Assembly (NCBI GenBank): GCA_963677595.1
Contig: OY782041.1
Span: 1,280,001-1,344,000 of the forward strand
Source: Spirochaetia bacterium
GTDB lineage: Bacteria > Spirochaetota > Spirochaetia > CAKZLE01
DNA length: 64,000 nt
Direction of reading: 5' to 3'
Within the stretch, counting starts at the first letter, position 1, and every line of letters starts with the position of its first letter. Position numbers and translations under genes: made by a program. Below the pieces are notes generated by a model that was not told where the DNA came from, did no database searches, and saw only the letters and a list, made by a program, of their open reading frames with translations. Below are positions 59,748-64,000 of this stretch, one piece after another.

Positions 59748-60881
59748 ATGATCACACGACTGTTCTCACTCATACCACAAAAAAGCTCGTTCATCTTCGG
59801 GCCGAGGGGCACCGGGAAGACGACATGGCTGAAGACCCAGCTTGAGGCCCCGGTCTATCTTGATCTCCTGCATTCACCGACCTTCCTGCGATACTCAGCA
59901 GATCCAGCTGCTCTGGAATTCCTGATCCCGAAAGGCAGCACCGGCCCCGTGGTGATTGATGAGATCCAGAGAATACCTGCTCTGCTCAATGAGGTCCACC
60001 GCCTGATCGAATCACGGGGGATCACGTTCATCCTGACTGGTTCGAGTGCACGCTCCCTGCGGAAGGCAGGGGTCAACCTGCTTGCAGGCAGGGCCCTCAC
60101 CCGGCATATGTACCCGCTGACCGCCATCGAGCTGGGGGACCGGTTCAACCTGGAGGACTCAATCAGGTACGGCCACCTGCCCTCCCTGCTCACCGAGCCT
60201 GACAAACAGGCATACCTCTCCAGCTATGTCAGTACATACATCAAAGAGGAGGTCCTGCAGGAGGGGCTGACGAGGGATATCGGGGCATTCGCCCGCTTCC
60301 TCGAGATCGCGAGCTTCTCCCATGCTGCGGTCATCAACTATTCAGCGATCGCCAGGGAGGCAGCTACACATCGGAAGGTCGTGGAGAACTACTTCAGCAT
60401 CCTCGAGGACCTGCTCATCGGGTCGCAGCTGCCGGTCTTCACCAGGCGGGCGAAGCGGAAGATGACAGCCACCCCGAAGTTCTTCTTCTTCGATACCGGG
60501 ATCTACCAGACTCTTCGCCCGAAGGGACCGCTTGATTCCTATTCAGAAGTCTCAGGCCCGGCCCTGGAAGGGCTCTTCCTCCAGGACCTGCGAGCGATCA
60601 ATGAGTATCGTGGGCTGGAGTATCAGGTCTATTTCTGGCGGTCCCAGGCAGGGACCGAAGTCGATTTCGTGATCTATGGGGAACGGGGACTCAAAGCCTT
60701 CGAGGTCAAGCACAGCAAGACTCTCCGGCAGAAGGATCTCGCAGGATTGCAGGCATTCGCCCATGACTACCCGGAGGCAGAGCTGTATCTCCTGAACCTC
60801 GGTGATACCATCGAGTACCATGGGGAAGTCACCGTCATGCCCTTAGCACATGCACTGACCAGTCTCGACAGCCTCCTGTGA
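59748..60881 (+). CDS. AAA+ ATPase (AAA_14 + DUF4143)
   Basis: GPRGTGKTT, IDEIQ, LTGSSAR, KFFFFDTG, FWR...EVDF...FEVK. Confidence 0.9.
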   Translation: MITRLFSLIPQKSSFIFGPRGTGKTTWLKTQLEAPVYLDLLHSPTFLRYSADPAALEFLIPKGSTGPVVIDEIQRIPALLNEVHRLIESRGITFILTGSSARSLRKAGVNLLAGRALTRHMYPLTAIELGDRFNLEDSIRYGHLPSLLTEPDKQAYLSSYVSTYIKEEVLQEGLTRDIGAFARFLEIASFSHAAVINYSAIAREAATHRKVVENYFSILEDLLIGSQLPVFTRRAKRKMTATPKFFFFDTGIYQTLRPKGPLDSYSEVSGPALEGLFLQDLRAINEYRGLEYQVYFWRSQAGTEVDFVIYGERGLKAFEVKHSKTLRQKDLAGLQAFAHDYPEAELYLLNLGDTIEYHGEVTVMPLAHALTSLDSLL

Positions 60882-60907
60882 ACCAGCACACCTGCCCCCA
60901 GGACAGT

Positions 60908-60934
60908 CCAGGCTGCCGCAACGCGGCAGCCTGG
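60908..60934. terminator. Hairpin between convergent genes (possible bidirectional terminator)
   Basis: CCAGGCTGCCGC-AAC-GCGGCAGCCTGG. Confidence 0.6.
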
Positions 60935-60965
60935 TTGAATTCAACTGTATAGCAAAGGGGTCTGA

Positions 60966-62390
60966 TCAGACATCTTCCTGTCCCATCATATCCTTTTCAG
61001 GATCCTTGGTCACACTTCGCTCCTTCAGGTTCCTCGGCAGGATGATATTCAGGAATATCGCGGCAAGACCACCGGTGGTGATCGGGGAACCGAACATGCT
61101 GGCGAAGAATGAGTTGAAGCTGCTGAGTACCTGCGGTACCAGCACGACGCCGAAACCGAGCCCGAGGCTGATCGCGATGATCAGGACACCCCGTCGGTTG
61201 ATCGTGCTCGTGGCGATGATCCTGATGCCGCTGGCAGCGATGGTACCGGCCATGACGATCATGGCTCCGCCAATGACGGAACTCGGGATGATGCTGAACA
61301 CGCCGCCGACGATCGGGAAGAGCCCGAAGATAGCGAGGAGGGCAGCGATGAACATACCCACGTAGCGTGAAGCGACACCGGTCATCTGGATGACCCCGTT
61401 GTTCTGGCTGAAGGTGGTGTTGGGGAAGCTGTTGAAGATACCTGCGATCGCGGAGTTGATACCGTCACCGAGGATACCGCCGGAGATCCGCTTCATGTAG
61501 ACCTCGCCTTCCACAGGCTCACCAGAGATCATGCTGGTAGCGGTCAGGTCGCCCATACTCTCCACGGTCGTGATCAGATAGAGCAGGCCCATCGGGATCA
61601 CGTACGGCCAGGAGATGGCGAACCCGTAGCGGAACGGGATAGGTGCCGTGATGATGCCGAGATCGCCCATGGCACCGAAGTTCACCTTCCCGAGGATGGC
61701 TGCCACGATATAGCCGACCATCATACCGAGGAAGATGGAGCCCATTCGCAGCCACTTGTTATTTGAGCGGTTGAAGATGACGATAGAGATCAATACGATA
61801 GCGGCAAGCATCAGGTTGTCCCATGCCCCGTAGAGCTCGGGTTTGTTTGACAGCAGCCATGACCCGCCGCCGACATCGGTGATCCCGACCTTGATCAGGT
61901 TGAACCCGATCAACAGGACGACGATACCGCTCACGAGCGGGGTGATGATCCTCTTCAGGAAATGGACGAACCGGCTAAAGATGATCTCAACGACCGAACA
62001 TACGATGACCGTACCGAAGATCGACGCCATCATCTGCTCCTGGGAACCCCCTGAAGCTTTCACGTGGAACCCGATGGCCAGGATGGTAGCCAGGAAGGTG
62101 AAACTGGTCCCCTGGATGGAGAGCAGCCCGGAACCTACCGGCCCGATCTTCTTGACCTGGATGAATGTCGCGATACCTGAAACCAGCAGCGACATGGAGA
62201 TCAGGTAGCTCTTCATACTCGCATCTACACCGAGTGCACCTGATATGACGATCGCTGGGGTAACGATCCCAAGAAAGATTGCAGCCATATGCTGCAGGGC
62301 AGCGACCAGCGCCTGCCCGAACGGCGGTCGATCCTCAAGCCCGAAGATCAATTCGGCCCGAGCCTCCTCCATAGAAGCATGTTTGCTCAT
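60966..62390 (-). CDS. NCS2 family xanthine/uric acid permease
   Basis: LQH, QGTSFTF, ESMGD, TTFSQNNGVI..TGVASR NAT signature. Confidence 0.93.
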   Translation of the reverse strand: MSKHASMEEARAELIFGLEDRPPFGQALVAALQHMAAIFLGIVTPAIVISGALGVDASMKSYLISMSLLVSGIATFIQVKKIGPVGSGLLSIQGTSFTFLATILAIGFHVKASGGSQEQMMASIFGTVIVCSVVEIIFSRFVHFLKRIITPLVSGIVVLLIGFNLIKVGITDVGGGSWLLSNKPELYGAWDNLMLAAIVLISIVIFNRSNNKWLRMGSIFLGMMVGYIVAAILGKVNFGAMGDLGIITAPIPFRYGFAISWPYVIPMGLLYLITTVESMGDLTATSMISGEPVEGEVYMKRISGGILGDGINSAIAGIFNSFPNTTFSQNNGVIQMTGVASRYVGMFIAALLAIFGLFPIVGGVFSIIPSSVIGGAMIVMAGTIAASGIRIIATSTINRRGVLIIAISLGLGFGVVLVPQVLSSFNSFFASMFGSPITTGGLAAIFLNIILPRNLKERSVTKDPEKDMMGQEDV

Positions 62391-62584
62391 AGAAGCCTCC
62401 AGAATGTGATTGTATTAAACCTTAGTGTAGCACAAGATACCGATATCGAAAAGGAAATTGTTTCATTATGTTGCATTAGATATAATATTATCGTATAAAG
62501 CCTGGCCTTAGCCCTCCCCCGAACCCAACCCCATCTATAGGGTACTCCGGCGATAATAGAAATCCTCATAGAGTTCGACAACAA

Positions 62585-62606
62585 ATCCTGTACAGGATCC
62601 TGCACA
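62585..62606 (+). promoter_or_regulatory. yefM-yoeB-type autorepression operator
   Basis: Perfect palindrome ATCCTGTACAGGAT (TGTACA core) plus TGCACA centred 12 bp downstream. Confidence 0.7.
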
Positions 62607-62634
62607 TACAGTATAGTATACAGAGGAGGAAGTC

Positions 62635-62889
62635 ATGCGAATCATGTCGTATACCAACGCCAGGAACAATCTCAGGCAGCTGATCGATGATGTGGTAGAC
62701 ACTTCGTCAGAGACGGTCATCACGTCCAAGGAAGGCAGGGACGTTGTAGTCATGTCCCTTGCGGACTACAACGGCTGGACTACCACCAACCACCTGCTGA
62801 GCACACCGATGAATGCAAGTCGCCTGCTGCAGGCCGTCCAGGATGTTAAAGAAGGTAAGATCATACAGCGGGATCCCATAGATGAGTAG
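62635..62889 (+). CDS. yefM: Phd/YefM family antitoxin
   Basis: SYT.AR.NL..LID.V, VVMSL.DY, T.HLL.TP.NA.RL. Confidence 0.92.
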   Translation: MRIMSYTNARNNLRQLIDDVVDTSSETVITSKEGRDVVVMSLADYNGWTTTNHLLSTPMNASRLLQAVQDVKEGKIIQRDPIDE

Positions 62890-63142
62890 AGGGGTCTACT
62901 GGCATGAGTCCGCATGGGAAGATTACGAGTACTGGCAAAGCCAGGACCGAAAGACCCTGAAGAAGATCAATACACTCATCAAGGCAGCCCGGCGGGCACC
63001 GGAGGAAGGGGCAGAACGGTTGAAGGGCGACCTCTCAGGATTCTTCTCCCGGCATATAAACAAGAAGGATGTGCTGGTCTATACCTACGATGATGACTCG
63101 ATCACCATCATACAGTGCCGTTTCCATTATTCCGATACGTGA
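62882..63142 (+). CDS. yoeB: Txe/YoeB family mRNA interferase toxin
   Basis: AWEDY.YWQ..D.K.LKKIN.LI, E.LKGDLSG..SR.I, QCRFHY. Confidence 0.9.
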   Translation: MSRGVYWHESAWEDYEYWQSQDRKTLKKINTLIKAARRAPEEGAERLKGDLSGFFSRHINKKDVLVYTYDDDSITIIQCRFHYSDT

Positions 63143-63307
63143 AATGCCGGTACAAGAATGATGAGCAAGCTGGTGCAGCCCCGACAGAAACCAGTAACAT
63201 ACCACCGACACCTTGCTTCTACTTAGTGAATCATGGCAATCACGCAATCCGGCAATTGTGTTTTACCCGATTCTGTTGTAAAATGTTGCAAAATACAGAG
63301 GGAGTCT

Positions 63308-64000
63308 ATGACAGAAGGAAAGACGTTTCGAAATGACGGTTACGCAAAAGTAACAGGAAGGGCTGCATACGCGGATGACATCGCATTCGCGGGGACACTC
63401 CATATGGTCCCGGTCTACTCGGACTACATCGCAGCGAAGCATGTCCGTATCGATACTTCGAAGGCAGAGGCCCTGCCCGGCTGCGTACGGGTACTCACCG
63501 CAGAGGACGTTCCCGGTTCACCGAGCTTCGGGCAGATCGAACGGGACTACCCCATCCTCATCACCGATACCATCCGGTCCTGGGGTGATGTAGTCGCCCT
63601 GGCTGTCGCGGAGACCCGGGAGATCGCCCTACAGGCCGCAGGGCTGGTCGAGATCACGGCAGACCCGGTCAAGCCGGTCCTGTCGGTGGAGGAGGCATTG
63701 TCGCCCTATGCACGGACGGTCCCGGGCTATGGGGACTCCAACATCGTCGTCCACCACAAGATGCGCCACGGGGACCCGGACCCCCTCTTCGATACATGCG
63801 AGCTGGTCCTTGAGGAGGACTTCTCCACCCAGACGATAGAACAGGGTTACATGGAGCCGGAATCGGCTATCTGCGTCCCCCGTTCTGACGGGGTCATCGA
63901 GATCTACGGCTCCATGCAGCATCCCTTCAGCACGAGACGGTTCACCGGGGCCCTTCTCGGAGAACCCCTCTCGAACATTGAGGTCTATACCATCGCCGTC
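63308..64000 (+). CDS. Xanthine dehydrogenase family molybdopterin-binding subunit, N-terminal part; runs off the window
   Basis: Translated by hand: MTEGKTFRNDGYAKVTGRAAYADDI...IDTSKAEALPG...LTAEDVPG...EQGYMEPE...GSMQHPF; GAGGGAG RBS; absent from the ORF track because there is no stop. Confidence 0.9.
   Translation, partial: MTEGKTFRNDGYAKVTGRAAYADDIAFAGTLHMVPVYSDYIAAKHVRIDTSKAEALPGCVRVLTAEDVPGSPSFGQIERDYPILITDTIRSWGDVVALAVAETREIALQAAGLVEITADPVKPVLSVEEALSPYARTVPGYGDSNIVVHHKMRHGDPDPLFDTCELVLEEDFSTQTIEQGYMEPESAICVPRSDGVIEIYGSMQHPFSTRRFTGALLGEPLSNIEVYTIAV

Noticed and set aside
62400-62600. Possible purine riboswitch upstream of the NCS2 permease
   Set aside because: I could not find the conserved guanine-aptamer core or a terminator on the minus strand.
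63115-63336. 73-aa ORF between yoeB and the xanthine dehydrogenase gene
   Set aside because: It overlaps both neighbours, spans a promoter-like AT-rich region, and has no RBS or motifs.

Overview
A 64 kb chromosomal window from a probably anaerobic bacterium, most likely a free-living spirochaete. That call rests on archaeal-type PheS/PheT, a stand-alone mitochondrial-EF-G1-like fusA, class II-type PurE and carD-ispD-ispF. Housekeeping blocks include maltodextrin genes (malQ, a GH13 glycosidase, LacI), a nine-gene de novo purine operon (purL-M-Q/S-C-E-F-D-N-H), feoB with a DtxR-type regulator, oadGAB, an NCS2 purine permease and the start of a xanthine dehydrogenase-family gene. The standout is a minus-strand operon at about 39.9-44.4 kb: MarR, an ArsM-like SAM methyltransferase, a 31-aa Cys-containing peptide missing from the ORF track (43286-43191, MKSLLKKRPAEQKAVAQCCAKNSKVVAGCHD), a perfect 30-bp palindrome, a radical SAM/SPASM maturase, a thioredoxin-thioredoxin reductase fusion and DUF1847. 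This is a candidate RiPP cluster possibly linked to arsenic methylation. Other notable signals are a leader ORF plus terminator-like hairpin upstream of purL, three AAA+/DUF4143 ATPase paralogues with related upstream GGAGTT/AACTCC motifs, many apparently leaderless promoters (-10 box, 6 nt, ATG), an orphan HEPN gene and a yefM-yoeB module. I saw no rRNA, tRNA, CRISPR array or transposase. All family assignments come from motif recognition by eye, not from database searches.
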